Shown here: positions 20,815 to 31,056 of the stretch, piece by piece
Layout of the letters: each line of letters opens with the position of its first letter
Position numbering within the stretch: the stretch's first letter is position 1
Assembly: GCA_965249035.1 (NCBI GenBank)
Contig: CBDFKV010000007.1
Location: 640,313 to 704,312, forward strand
Length of the DNA: 64,000 nucleotides
Origin: Candidatus Poriferihabitaceae bacterium
GTDB taxonomy: Bacteria; Pseudomonadota; Gammaproteobacteria; Arenicellales; Poriferihabitantaceae
Reading direction: 5' to 3'
Translations under genes and position numbers: made by a program
Notes under the pieces: model-generated
The model's database searches: none
Told to the model about the DNA's origin: nothing
Seen by the model: only the letters and a program-made list of their open reading frames with translations

Positions 20815-22530
20815 ATGGCTAGACAGTACATTATATTTAGCGCCTTGCTGCTGCTGGGTTTTTTCCTGTTCACAAAGCTGGAGTGGGATACCTCTCCTAT
20901 TGACCACGCATATCAAGTACGCAAAGACAACCCTGCTGGAGATAACAGCTCCCCGGATCATTCTGACCTACGGACAGGCAACGCGTCTGACCGATGGATG
21001 TCAGTTGAGCCCCCAACCAAGGCTAATCAGTCTCCTGAAATTGCTATTCAGTCTAAATCGGTCGCACCAACAAATACAACCCGCACAGCTCAAGCAACAA
21101 TGTCCGTTGATGTAGGTGCCGCCCTGGAAGATGGTCATGGCCAAAAAGACACCGCACACTATACGAGTACCCTACACATAGCTGGCAATGTCATCGACTC
21201 CCTGGGTGAATGGGTCGTAGGCATGCCCATGACGTTAAATCTGATCCACGCGTCAGAGGCTGATAAGGCGATTTTTGGTGTAAAAAACCGTAGCTCGCAA
21301 ACTAACGCGGCTGGTCACTACACCTTTCGAAATCTAGTCGCTGGCGACTATGAGATATGTACGGAGACCTCACTTAGCTATATACGCACCTGTCTGCGCA
21401 CTCACTCGCCCTTTTTAACCGCTGATTTCGCCTTAATTGCTATTACAAAAGGGCAAGTATCTGGCTTCATCATTGATCAACAAAATCAACCATTATCTGG
21501 CGTGATTGTCACCGCAGAACCGCACCAGAAAGCGCAAACAAAAACTGATCAACAGGGCCAATTCGAGCTGCCTATGTTTGTCAATGAATCAACTGATTAT
21601 CAAGTCCACTTTAACAAGAAAGGCTATGGGTCGACACTGATTCGGCTTCCGGGCACAGCGATCCTTCAACAACAAAAAGTGGGCACTCAGATGCGAGCAC
21701 TGGGCGGGTTTGAAGTGACTGGCCAGGTGTTAGATCAGCACCACCAGCCCGTCAGCGGAGTCGGAATTCGTTTCTATTCACCGACGGCTAAGAATGAAGC
21801 CACAATATCGTCCCCTTCCAATGCCATCGGCGAATTTGCCATTCAAAATATTCCCGCTGCGAGTGACTACAACCTAAGCATTACTGGCCGAGGTAAATAC
21901 ACCCTTGATGCCACAAATAAACTAAGAATATCGATATATGAGAACATGCCGGGCCTGAAGGTATACGTTACCTCAAAGGCTTCTACCCAAGGCTCATACC
22001 ATGCCCGCGTAACCAGTCCCTCTGATGGCCTTCCACTGGCGGGTGTTGAGTTTGAGCTATCGGCCGATGGACTCTATACCGACCACCAAACTACTGGAGC
22101 TAACGGTGATCTTCATTTTAGCGCCATTCCCATCAAGTACGGAGGCTCATCAATCAGTATAAGCAGTCAAAACAATACACCTGACTACAGTTTTGGCAAC
22201 ATTTCATTAGCACAAAGCGCACAAGGGGCTGGAAACTTGATCGTCTCGAAAGGCCCTTACGCACTAACCGTTATGATTACTGATGAGGTAAAAGCCCCTA
22301 TAAAGGGCGCAAGAGCACGCGTGATTTGGCGACATAAACGTGATGGGATTATTCACATCACCACTCGCAGCGGCAAAGTCTCTCCACCGACTGGCATCGT
22401 TAAGTTCTCTGGTATGACCGCTGGCAAACACCAACTATCAATCACAAACCCTGGTTACAAGAATTATCGGGAGAATGTTGATATCACTCAGCTGAATCAA
22501 ACGCACCTAGTTAAGCTCAAAAAGCACTAA
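20815..22530 (+). CDS. Membrane-anchored envelope protein with about five tandem carboxypeptidase-regulatory-like (prealbumin-fold) beta-sandwich domains
   Basis: 571 aa. N-terminal hydrophobic anchor (IIFSALLLLGFFLF), a polar linker of about 100 aa, then five repeats with G.V.D....P..G..V......T...G.F.F..L..G.Y-type patterns (GHYTFRNLVAGDYEI, GQFELPMF, GEFAIQNIPAASDYNLSI, GDLHFSAIP, GIVKFSGMTAGKHQLSI). No clear SD before the ATG. Confidence 0.65.
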   Translation: MARQYIIFSALLLLGFFLFTKLEWDTSPIDHAYQVRKDNPAGDNSSPDHSDLRTGNASDRWMSVEPPTKANQSPEIAIQSKSVAPTNTTRTAQATMSVDVGAALEDGHGQKDTAHYTSTLHIAGNVIDSLGEWVVGMPMTLNLIHASEADKAIFGVKNRSSQTNAAGHYTFRNLVAGDYEICTETSLSYIRTCLRTHSPFLTADFALIAITKGQVSGFIIDQQNQPLSGVIVTAEPHQKAQTKTDQQGQFELPMFVNESTDYQVHFNKKGYGSTLIRLPGTAILQQQKVGTQMRALGGFEVTGQVLDQHHQPVSGVGIRFYSPTAKNEATISSPSNAIGEFAIQNIPAASDYNLSITGRGKYTLDATNKLRISIYENMPGLKVYVTSKASTQGSYHARVTSPSDGLPLAGVEFELSADGLYTDHQTTGANGDLHFSAIPIKYGGSSISISSQNNTPDYSFGNISLAQSAQGAGNLIVSKGPYALTVMITDEVKAPIKGARARVIWRHKRDGIIHITTRSGKVSPPTGIVKFSGMTAGKHQLSITNPGYKNYRENVDITQLNQTHLVKLKKH

Positions 22531-22681
22531 CCGACAAAAGTGGTTAAATTGAGTGCCCTTTTCTCGCCGCGAGGCCGAGCGAAATCCTAAACGACCTAAT
22601 TCGAAATTGCCGGTTTCTCTATCAAGCTTCGGCTATTCCTAAATCCGCTCTTGTCTAAAGACCAATCTGTTTCGAAACGCG

Positions 22682-22705
22682 CCGTGTTTTTCCGCCCAAA
22701 CACGG
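22682..22705 (+). terminator. Hairpin downstream of the 571-aa gene (possible terminator)
   Basis: CCGTGTTT-N8-AAACACGG, perfect 8-bp stem. No immediate T-tract, so a terminator function is uncertain. Confidence 0.3.
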
Positions 22706-22709
22706 TGTC

Positions 22710-22724
22710 ATGTACTATACTTTT
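22710..22724 (+). repeat. Direct repeat copy 2 (ATGTACTATACTTTT)
   Basis: Exact copy of 20720..20734, 1990 bp downstream and 25 nt upstream of the aminotransferase ATG. Confidence 0.9.
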
Positions 22725-22748
22725 TGATTTAAGAATCCGGATAAAAAT

Positions 22749-23876
22749 ATGCCAGGCTTACTCCCCAACGTAGACCCTGACGGTCTACTGGAATACTCGG
22801 TCGTTTTCACTGACCGCTCTCTCAACCACATGTCTCAGTCCTTTCAGGGAGTAATGAATGATATCTCCAGCACGCTTAAGACTGTTTACAACGCTGAAGC
22901 AGTAGCAGTCGTCCCCGGCAGCGGTACTTTTGCGATGGAAGCGGTAGCGCGCCAGTTTGCCACCAACAAAAAATGCTTGGTGATTCGAAATGGTTGGTTT
23001 AGTTACCGCTGGACACAGATTTTCGAAATGGGTGATATCCCCGCTCAATCAGTCGTCTTAAAGGCGCGTCTGGTTGACGACAAACCACAAGCTGCCTTTG
23101 CGCCCGCTCCTATCGACGAAGTGGTCGCAGCCATCCACGCTGAAAAGCCTGATATGGTATTTGCCCCGCACGTCGAAACGTCGTCGGGCATTATTCTTCC
23201 CAACGATTACCTGCTAGCGATGGCAGAGGCAACCCACGCTGTTGGCGGCCTATTTGTTTTAGACTGCATCGCTTCAGGTGCCATCTGGATCGACATACCA
23301 GCTTGTGGTGTTGACGTATTGATCAGCGCGCCACAAAAAGGCTGGAGTGGCTCGCCCTGTTGTGGCTTAGTCATGCTTAGCTCACTAGCGCTAGAACGCA
23401 TCCAAACCACCACCAGCTCCAGCTTCGCCTGTGATTTGCTCAAATGGTTACAGATCATGCAAGCTTATGAAAATGGCGGACATGCCTATCACGCCACCAT
23501 GCCGACTGACGCTCTCAAACGCTTTCGCGACGTCATGAAAGAAACCGAAGCAGTTGGGTTTGATCACGTCCGTGCACGGCAACAAGCCCTCGGTGATAGT
23601 GTCCGGGCACTGCTGACCGACAACGGGTTTAAGAGCGTTGCCGCGCAAGGATTTCAGGCACCCGGGGTCGTGGTTTCCTACACCGACGACGCTGACCTAC
23701 ACACCGGCAAGAAATTCGCAGGCGTGGGCTTGCAAATTGCTGCTGGCGTACCATTGCAGTGCGACGAGCCCGAAGGCTTCCAAACCTTTCGCTTAGGACT
23801 ATTTGGTTTAGATAAATTTCAAGACGTTGATCGCACCGTTAATCATCTCAAAAGCGCTTTGAGCCACATCCTATAA
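22749..23876 (+). CDS. Class V (alanine-glyoxylate/serine-pyruvate type) PLP-dependent aminotransferase
   Basis: 375 aa. PGSGT, and SAPQKGW with the PLP lysine. Confidence 0.8.
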   Translation: MPGLLPNVDPDGLLEYSVVFTDRSLNHMSQSFQGVMNDISSTLKTVYNAEAVAVVPGSGTFAMEAVARQFATNKKCLVIRNGWFSYRWTQIFEMGDIPAQSVVLKARLVDDKPQAAFAPAPIDEVVAAIHAEKPDMVFAPHVETSSGIILPNDYLLAMAEATHAVGGLFVLDCIASGAIWIDIPACGVDVLISAPQKGWSGSPCCGLVMLSSLALERIQTTTSSSFACDLLKWLQIMQAYENGGHAYHATMPTDALKRFRDVMKETEAVGFDHVRARQQALGDSVRALLTDNGFKSVAAQGFQAPGVVVSYTDDADLHTGKKFAGVGLQIAAGVPLQCDEPEGFQTFRLGLFGLDKFQDVDRTVNHLKSALSHIL

Positions 23877-23892
23877 TTCTGGTAAAGAGCAC

Positions 23893-24948
23893 ATGATGAC
23901 CACACTATTTGAGCCCGTGCAGTTGGGTGAATTATCCCTGCCTAATCGCATTATCATGTCACCACTCACTCGTTGCCGAGCCAATGATGACCGCGTGCCG
24001 AATGCGCTAATGGCCGAATACTACACTCAACGTGCCAGCGCTGGCCTGATTATCACCGAAGCAACTTCGGTTGAACCAATGGGGGTGGGATACCCCAATA
24101 CGCCAGGGATTTGGTCGAACGCCCAAGTGGAAGGCTGGCAACTAATCACCAACGCTGTGCACCAAGCTGGGGGACGGATAATCTTACAGCTATGGCACGT
24201 CGGCCGGATTTCTCACTCCACCTATTTGAGCGGTGAATTGCCAGTCGCACCCAGTGCGATCGCGCCCGACGGACACGTTAGTTTGATCACTCCACGAATT
24301 GATTACGAAGTACCCCGCGCTTTGGAGTTAGCCGAAATTCCCGACCTTATCGAAGCGTTCCGCCTAGGCGCAGAGAATGCTAAAAAGGCGGGGTTTGATG
24401 GCGTCGAGGTTCATGGCGCGAATGGTTATCTGTTGGATCAATTCCTGCAAAGCTCGACTAATCTGCGTCAGGATAGATACGGCGGTAGTCTTGAGAATCG
24501 GGCGCGCCTATTACTGGAAGTAAGCGATGCGGCTATTTCGGTTTGGGGTCCAGGCCGAGTGGGTGTCCATTTGGCTCCCCGGTGCGATGCGCATACGATG
24601 GGCGATGATGATCCAGCGGCGACTTTTGGCTATTGTGCTAAGGCCTTGGGCGAACGCGGTATTGCCTTTATCTTTACCCGCGAACACTTTAATCAACCAG
24701 CGTTGACGCCTTCAATTAAGAAGGCATTCGGCGGGAAAGTGATCGCCAATGAACAATTCAACAAACAGAGCGCCACCCAGACATTACAAGAGGGCGTCGC
24801 TGACGCCATCGCCTTTGGCAAAGACTATATCGCTAACCCGGACTTGGTCGCCCGCCTGCGCCAAAATGCAGCCTTGAATGAACTGGACAAAAAAACCATG
24901 TATGGCTTCGGTCCAAACGGCTATATCGACTACCCGGCCTTGGAATAA
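23893..24948 (+). CDS. Old Yellow Enzyme family NADH:flavin oxidoreductase (NemA-like alkene reductase)
   Basis: 351 aa. PNRIIMSPLTR, LWHVGR, GFDGVEVHGANGYLLDQFL motifs. Confidence 0.9.
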   Translation: MMTTLFEPVQLGELSLPNRIIMSPLTRCRANDDRVPNALMAEYYTQRASAGLIITEATSVEPMGVGYPNTPGIWSNAQVEGWQLITNAVHQAGGRIILQLWHVGRISHSTYLSGELPVAPSAIAPDGHVSLITPRIDYEVPRALELAEIPDLIEAFRLGAENAKKAGFDGVEVHGANGYLLDQFLQSSTNLRQDRYGGSLENRARLLLEVSDAAISVWGPGRVGVHLAPRCDAHTMGDDDPAATFGYCAKALGERGIAFIFTREHFNQPALTPSIKKAFGGKVIANEQFNKQSATQTLQEGVADAIAFGKDYIANPDLVARLRQNAALNELDKKTMYGFGPNGYIDYPALE

Positions 24949-24992
24949 TTTGGAGGATGCTTGGCAGGAGGCGCGTAGTGGAAAAGTATTGT

Positions 24993-27389
24993 CTAATAAG
25001 ACGCGCTATACACCAGTTTTCTGATCACCAAAAAGGCCAACACATAACAGGCGATAGCGATACAGAGCGTGATCGTAAAGCCGAATAAAATAGAAAAAAT
25101 GACGCTCATAAAGCCGCCAATAACGGTAAATACGCCGTTAATACCCCAGGCCCAAGCAATTGCCTGACGCGCATAGTGGGTATTAGATAAGCGCAATACG
25201 CCCAGCGGAAAAGCCATCCCCAGAAAGAACGCAATCGGTAGAATCATCAACAAAGTCACGCCGATTCGAATCCACTGTGCTTCCTTAAGGAATAAATCAA
25301 TGACCATCGGGTGAATAAACAGGACGATCAATGACGTTAGCAAAATGCCAATAAAGGGCAACTGCCAGCGTCGGGTCGGTGAAATACCCAATAATTCGGA
25401 GGCATAACTTCCAACGCCAGCACCGAGAAGGTAGCCAAATATTACGGTGGTGACGGTATACAGTGGATAGCCAATCAAACGCATAAATAAATGCACCGAA
25501 ACCAGCTCAAACAATATAAAGCCCAAACCTAATAAGGCAAAATACGTGAGCGTTAGTCCCTTATTGGGCCAAGGGTTGCGGCCCACTTGAGAAAACAACA
25601 AAGGAATCAAAATGGTCAGCAAAGCAAATACCGAAGCACCAGCGCTGACCACGTATAAGTGAATCACGTCCATCGGCAAGCCTGCCATAATCTGTGAATT
25701 CAGCAAGCGCGCGGTAGCGGTATCGAGCAAATTATCCGGGTCGGAATCGATCTTGTGGCGATCCTTGCGGAGCAAATTGAAATACGGGTGGTCATCCGTC
25801 GTCGGCCTTATCTGATAAGGAGCTTGATTGAGGTCAGCTTGAGTTAATTCACCCTGCATCAATCGTTCAAACAGTGGATTACTGTCGGGATTTAGTGGGT
25901 CGACTACCAACCTCGAAGGTCGAAGACGCTGGTTAAGGATATCAATCTCAGGCTGGGTCCAGGGCGAGTTTTTGACCATAAACGTCGGCAGATTATCTTG
26001 CGCGGCAGGTACCACATAAACAACAACATGCTGATAAAAATCGGCCAGTCCCCTCTCTTTCCATGCCGTTGCAGCGGTCGCCAACATGCGTGGATAAACA
26101 TGATGGTTGATGTGTAAAACGCCGTCGTCTTTAAGGTGTGAAAAATACTCTAGATAAGCCTCTTTGGTTTGCAAATAAGTAGGGTTTACTGCGGTACTCC
26201 CAGACGCGATGCTTGAGCTGGTGTGGTTGCTCATAATCTGAATGATGTCGTATTTTTTGTCAGTGGCCCGCAGAAAGCTACGACCCTCGCCTTTCATCAC
26301 ATTCACTTTAGGGTGATTAAAAACATTACCGGTATACTCGGCGTATTGATTTTTACCCAGATCTACCACGGTACCGACGAGCTCTACACCATCAACTGAT
26401 TTAGCCCCATAAGTCAACGCCGCGGTCATTTCCTGACCACCCGCGCTACCGATAACCAACACGTCTTGATCGGTATCTTGCTTTAAATAGTGTGATGCGA
26501 GAACAAAATTTCCCCAGAAATGTTCTTGGCTTTTGCCACTTTCAACATCGTCTCGTATCTGTTGAAAGTCACCATTAAACTTATAGAAATAGCTGGTTTG
26601 GGTACCACTATCATAGGCAATCCACTTATAGCCATAGGGTTCGTCAGGCTTGCGTATTGTATCAATCACATCAATGCGCGCGATCGGGTCCCAATGGGTC
26701 AGTTCTAGCCCTTCTTGATGCTGAAGAATACCGCGCTTATCGGCGTGCAAATCAAGCGATAAATAGTCGTCTTGAGTAAAAGGGAATACACATAGAGCAA
26801 TACCCAAAACCCCCAAAACCCACGCCACTTTAGAGTAGGCAAAAAAGGCAGCGCTGACCAAGGCTAAACCAGCCGCCACCACCAACAAACCTTCTGGTGC
26901 GATATAGGGAATTAGAGGAATAATCAGCACACAGCCGATAGAGGCACCCACCAAATCATAGAAATATAACTTCTGGATGTCTTTGGAATAGCTTGAGAAT
27001 AAATTGGATAGAACCAAACCACTTAGAAAAAAGGGTAGCGTTATATAAGCTATTGAAAGTAAGACGTTTCGTATGGCTAAATAGGGGGCTCCTTTGAGCA
27101 AGCCAAAATTGAAACGAAAGGTGTCGAGTACGACAAAGGTTCCCAATATCGTGATCGCAAACAGAACTGCCAGCCAGGTCAGGCTATGGCTCTTTTCACG
27201 CGTGACATTGATCGGGAAGAGCGTGGTATAAACGCCTGCCAAGCCCAACGCGAACATCGCTAAAGAAATCACCAAATAGCTAAGATTCGACGACCATAAA
27301 GTATCGTAAATCTTGACCAGGTTGAGTTCAAACAAAAGCGTAGTCATGGCGATAAAAAAGACGCCAAGGCTGATTTTTCGGTTTGTCAT
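24993..27389 (-). CDS. Polytopic membrane protein with a central spermidine-synthase-like (class I methyltransferase-fold) domain
   Basis: 798 aa. About 7 N-terminal and 6-7 C-terminal TM helices flank VLVIGSAGGQ...DGVEL...YDIIQI, the SpeE-like fold. Confidence 0.7.
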   Translation of the reverse strand: MTNRKISLGVFFIAMTTLLFELNLVKIYDTLWSSNLSYLVISLAMFALGLAGVYTTLFPINVTREKSHSLTWLAVLFAITILGTFVVLDTFRFNFGLLKGAPYLAIRNVLLSIAYITLPFFLSGLVLSNLFSSYSKDIQKLYFYDLVGASIGCVLIIPLIPYIAPEGLLVVAAGLALVSAAFFAYSKVAWVLGVLGIALCVFPFTQDDYLSLDLHADKRGILQHQEGLELTHWDPIARIDVIDTIRKPDEPYGYKWIAYDSGTQTSYFYKFNGDFQQIRDDVESGKSQEHFWGNFVLASHYLKQDTDQDVLVIGSAGGQEMTAALTYGAKSVDGVELVGTVVDLGKNQYAEYTGNVFNHPKVNVMKGEGRSFLRATDKKYDIIQIMSNHTSSSIASGSTAVNPTYLQTKEAYLEYFSHLKDDGVLHINHHVYPRMLATAATAWKERGLADFYQHVVVYVVPAAQDNLPTFMVKNSPWTQPEIDILNQRLRPSRLVVDPLNPDSNPLFERLMQGELTQADLNQAPYQIRPTTDDHPYFNLLRKDRHKIDSDPDNLLDTATARLLNSQIMAGLPMDVIHLYVVSAGASVFALLTILIPLLFSQVGRNPWPNKGLTLTYFALLGLGFILFELVSVHLFMRLIGYPLYTVTTVIFGYLLGAGVGSYASELLGISPTRRWQLPFIGILLTSLIVLFIHPMVIDLFLKEAQWIRIGVTLLMILPIAFFLGMAFPLGVLRLSNTHYARQAIAWAWGINGVFTVIGGFMSVIFSILFGFTITLCIAIACYVLAFLVIRKLVYSASY

Positions 27390-27641
27390 TGAGATAAAGG
27401 TATTACTTGGTTGTACTTCGATCCGAATCTGACCGACACTGTGCGTTCAGATATCCCCAGGTGGCGCGAAGGGTATCAGATCAACGCAGCTGAAAAAGCG
27501 GTTTTTGGCCAAAAATCTATAGTCTATCGCAACCGAGCATATCAACCTTCCACTTCGGTTTCTAACGACACTCTACTGCTGATCTAACGGCTCAACTGCA
27601 CGCCTATTTTAGCGGAGATCAACGTTATCCAGGCACAGCAA

Positions 27642-29138
27642 TTACGTAACGGTTTGGTTACTCATTTTATCGACACACTCCACCGCTTGCTGCCATTTTC
27701 CAACAAGCGATGTGCGCTGTTGTGCCGACATTGTTGAATCAAAACCTCGGTCTTTCTGCCATAGGGCGCTAAGCGCTTGTTTGGATTCAAATAGGCCGAC
27801 TTGAAGGCCTGCCAGATAGGCAGCACCTAGAGCGGTGGTTTCGGTGATTTTTGGGCGCTCTACTGTGATGTTCAACACATCAGCCAGCATTTGGCACAGC
27901 CAATTATTGTTGACCATGCCACCATCAACTCGTAAGGTATCCAGCGACCGTTCTGAATCTTTAATCATGGCATCGACCAAGTCGTTGGTTTGATAGCAGA
28001 CCGACTCCAGCGCAGCACGAACCAATTCGGCAGGCCCGGTATCACGGGTCAAACCAAACAACGCCCCTCTTGCGTGTGGGTTCCAGTGTGGCGCTCCCAA
28101 TCCAACAAAGGCGGGCACCATATAAACACCACCATTGTCTTCAAGACTATCAGCCAATGCTTCCGACGCACTGGCGTGGTTGACTAATTTGAGCTGGTCG
28201 CGCAACCATTGGATGGCCGCCCCGGCAACGAAAATTGACCCTTCGAGCGCATAAGTCGTTTTGCCGTTGAGTCGATAGGCAACCGTAGTTAACAAGCCAT
28301 TATTCGATACGACCGCTTTATCGCCGGTGTTCATCATCGCGAAACAACCCGTGCCATAAGTGCTTTTAATCATGCCGGGCTTAAAGCAACACTGGCCAAT
28401 AGTGGCCGCTTGTTGATCTCCCGCTACACCCGCTATCGGCGCCTCGACCCCTATCGCACGCTTGCTCGAAAACCCATAATCAGCCGCACTATCGCGCACG
28501 TCGGGTAACAGTGATGCAGGAACTTTAAATAGTTCCAATAACTCTTGATCCCAAGATTGTGTATGGATATTAAACAACAGGGTACGTGATGCATTGCTGG
28601 CGTCAGTTGCGTGTACCCTACCCTCGGTAAGCCTCCAGATGAGAAAACTATCTACTGTCCCACAAGCAAGCTCACCCGCTTCTGCACGCTCTCTCGCACC
28701 GTCTACGTTATCTAAGATCCAGGCAATTTTGGTCGCTGAAAAATACGGGTCCAGCACCAGACCCGTTTTATCTTTGACCATTTGCTCATGCCCTTGATCA
28801 ATATAGTCTTGGCAAATGTCGGCTGTTCTACGGTCTTGCCAAACGATGGCTCGATGAATGACATCACCGCTTGAACGTTCCCAAACTATTGTGGTTTCGC
28901 GCTGATTAGTAATCCCAATCGCTGCGATGGAATCGCCTTCGCTGGCAGCCAAGACTTGCCGACACACCGCTTCGGTGGAATCCCATATTTCGTTGGCATC
29001 GTGTTCGACCCAGCCCGAGTGTGGAAAATACTGCTTGAACTCCCGCTGGGCGGTATTCTGGATTCTGCCCAATCGGTCAAACGTAATGGCGCGCGAGCTG
29101 GTCGTGCCCTGATCAATGCTAAGAATTAACTCTTTCAT
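27642..29138 (-). CDS. glpK: Glycerol kinase
   Basis: 498 aa. [24 protein letters not shown]-like (YGTGCF) motifs. Confidence 0.96.
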   Translation of the reverse strand: MKELILSIDQGTTSSRAITFDRLGRIQNTAQREFKQYFPHSGWVEHDANEIWDSTEAVCRQVLAASEGDSIAAIGITNQRETTIVWERSSGDVIHRAIVWQDRRTADICQDYIDQGHEQMVKDKTGLVLDPYFSATKIAWILDNVDGARERAEAGELACGTVDSFLIWRLTEGRVHATDASNASRTLLFNIHTQSWDQELLELFKVPASLLPDVRDSAADYGFSSKRAIGVEAPIAGVAGDQQAATIGQCCFKPGMIKSTYGTGCFAMMNTGDKAVVSNNGLLTTVAYRLNGKTTYALEGSIFVAGAAIQWLRDQLKLVNHASASEALADSLEDNGGVYMVPAFVGLGAPHWNPHARGALFGLTRDTGPAELVRAALESVCYQTNDLVDAMIKDSERSLDTLRVDGGMVNNNWLCQMLADVLNITVERPKITETTALGAAYLAGLQVGLFESKQALSALWQKDRGFDSTMSAQQRTSLVGKWQQAVECVDKMSNQTVT

Positions 29139-29148
29139 TTGTCTGTTT

Positions 29149-30711
29149 TTATCGTTTAGCTAAGCCATTATCGAGGCTACGTAACCAGTTTGCTAGCTGT
29201 TCAACTGCGGCGGTATCAAGTTTCAAGCCCTTTTTGCTACGACGCCACAGTATATCGTCGGTGGTTTCTGCCCACTCATGCTCAACTAGATAAGCAACTT
29301 CACAGGCGTATAAGCCTCCGCCAAAGTAGGCTCCCAAATCATCCTTTTGATGACAGTCCTCGAGTATCGTATGAATGTCCAAGCCGTAATTTCGACAATA
29401 GTCGATGACGATAGCGCGATCCAACCAACCATAGTGGTGTTCGCACTCCGCCAAAAAACGCGCGAAATCCCCATTGACGATATCGCCACCCGGCAAGGGA
29501 CTGGCTCCCGTCCACGGGTCATCCTCACAATCGAGGATCGGCTGTAATAAATCCATCACTTCTTCACCTAGCTTACGGTAAGTCGTGATTTTGCCGCCGT
29601 AGACCGAAACAATCGGCGCTCCCTGGGTATCCAAATGTAATTCGTGCTCGCGCGATATTTTACTAATATTGTCAGAAGCGTCGTTAAACAACGGACGCAC
29701 ACCCGAATAGCTCCACACGACTTGATTCTTGTTAATCGGCTGTTGGAAATAGTCGCTAACTGCCGCGCAGATATAATCGATTTCAGCGTCATTAATACTG
29801 ACTTGATCAAGATCCCCTTGAAAATCGAGATCGGTGGTGCCTAGTAAAGTAAAATCTTGTTCGAACGGGATCGCAAATAAAATACGTCCATCGTGGTGTT
29901 GAAAAATATAAGGGTAATCATGATTAAACAGTTTTTTAACGACAACATGGCTACCTTTAACATGGCGAATGGATCGCTTAGAGGATTGGGTAGAATATAG
30001 ACCCAGCGTCTTTTCCACCCACGGACCAGACGCATTAACGACCGCCGCCGCCGTGGTTTTTTCAAGTGTGCCTGTGCGGCTATTCTTTAGTGTTATTTCC
30101 CAGTAATTGTCTTTTCGATCTAGCTGCACACATTCAGTACGAGTGAGCACTGTAGCACCGTGGTTGGCGGCATCGCGCGCATTCAAAACCACTAACCGAG
30201 CATCCTGTACCCAGCAATCAGAATATTCGAAGGCATGGGAGAACTCCTTCTTTAAGGGTGCTCCTGCGGTATGTCGAGCCAGATTGACCCCACGAGATTT
30301 AGGCAACAATTTGCGCCCACCAATATGGTCATATAAAAACAGCCCTGCTCGCAACAACCAACGCGGTCTTAGTGCGCTGTGGTGCGGCAAAATAAACCGC
30401 AGCGGCCAAATGATATGTGGCGCGATACCGAGTAAAACTTCGCGCTCCTTTAGCGCCTGTCGAACCAGCGAAAAATCATAGTGCTCCAAATAGCGTAAAC
30501 CGCCGTGAATCAGCTTGGTGCTGGACGATGAGGTATGCGCAGCCAAGTCATCTTTTTCGCATAGGAGCACATTCAAACCACGACCAGAAGCATCACGGGC
30601 AACTCCGCTGCCATTAATGCCGCCCCCAATGACCACCAGGTCGTACTCGACATTAGGGTCTTTTGCGCTGTGTTGAGGGCCCTCCATTTCGACATGTTCA
30701 CGGTCATTCAT
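29149..30711 (-). CDS. glpD: Aerobic glycerol-3-phosphate dehydrogenase (FAD)
   Basis: 520 aa. [16 protein letters not shown] motif and [15 protein letters not shown]. Confidence 0.93.
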   Translation of the reverse strand: MNDREHVEMEGPQHSAKDPNVEYDLVVIGGGINGSGVARDASGRGLNVLLCEKDDLAAHTSSSSTKLIHGGLRYLEHYDFSLVRQALKEREVLLGIAPHIIWPLRFILPHHSALRPRWLLRAGLFLYDHIGGRKLLPKSRGVNLARHTAGAPLKKEFSHAFEYSDCWVQDARLVVLNARDAANHGATVLTRTECVQLDRKDNYWEITLKNSRTGTLEKTTAAAVVNASGPWVEKTLGLYSTQSSKRSIRHVKGSHVVVKKLFNHDYPYIFQHHDGRILFAIPFEQDFTLLGTTDLDFQGDLDQVSINDAEIDYICAAVSDYFQQPINKNQVVWSYSGVRPLFNDASDNISKISREHELHLDTQGAPIVSVYGGKITTYRKLGEEVMDLLQPILDCEDDPWTGASPLPGGDIVNGDFARFLAECEHHYGWLDRAIVIDYCRNYGLDIHTILEDCHQKDDLGAYFGGGLYACEVAYLVEHEWAETTDDILWRRSKKGLKLDTAAVEQLANWLRSLDNGLAKR

Positions 30712-30733
30712 TAGTCATCCCCTTTAAACTGTC

Positions 30734-31018
30734 CTATACCCATTTAAAAACGACCACGCTGTAAATAACAGAAATAAACAAGGGACCGTACAACGGCGTA
30801 CCAAAAAAGCCTAGCCAGCCCAAAAATATAAATATGCTGCCCAATATGGAGATGAATAGCCGGTCACCACGGGTTGTATCCAATCCCAATATGCCGCGAC
30901 GTGGATTACCTCCGGGTGAGTAGTGTTCCCATACCGCCATCGCTAACAAGCACAGCAAAATGAACAAAAAGAACGCAGCTGTGGGCCATGTCCACGCCAT
31001 CCAGGATAAGTCAATCAT
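30734..31018 (-). CDS. DUF2160 small integral membrane protein
   Basis: 94 aa, 3 TM, TTRGDRLFI motif. Characteristically encoded inside this type of ABC operon. Confidence 0.75.
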   Translation of the reverse strand: MIDLSWMAWTWPTAAFFLFILLCLLAMAVWEHYSPGGNPRRGILGLDTTRGDRLFISILGSIFIFLGWLGFFGTPLYGPLFISVIYSVVVFKWV

Positions 31019-31056
31019 CTCTATTCCTCATAGCCAAGCACTGCCTTAACACGCAC

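Noticed and set aside
20720-21115. 131-aa ORF starting exactly in the left direct repeat (MYYTF...)
   Set aside because: Cys/Leu/Ser-rich and of odd composition, it overlaps the 571-aa gene out of frame and has no recognisable family. Probably non-coding, although the ATG within the repeat is noted in the findings.
27502-27515. Palindrome TTTTTGGCCAAAAA between glpK and the SpeE-like membrane gene
   Set aside because: The A/T-only arms would give a very weak hairpin, and there is no supporting context. Possibly part of a weak bidirectional terminator, but not supportable.
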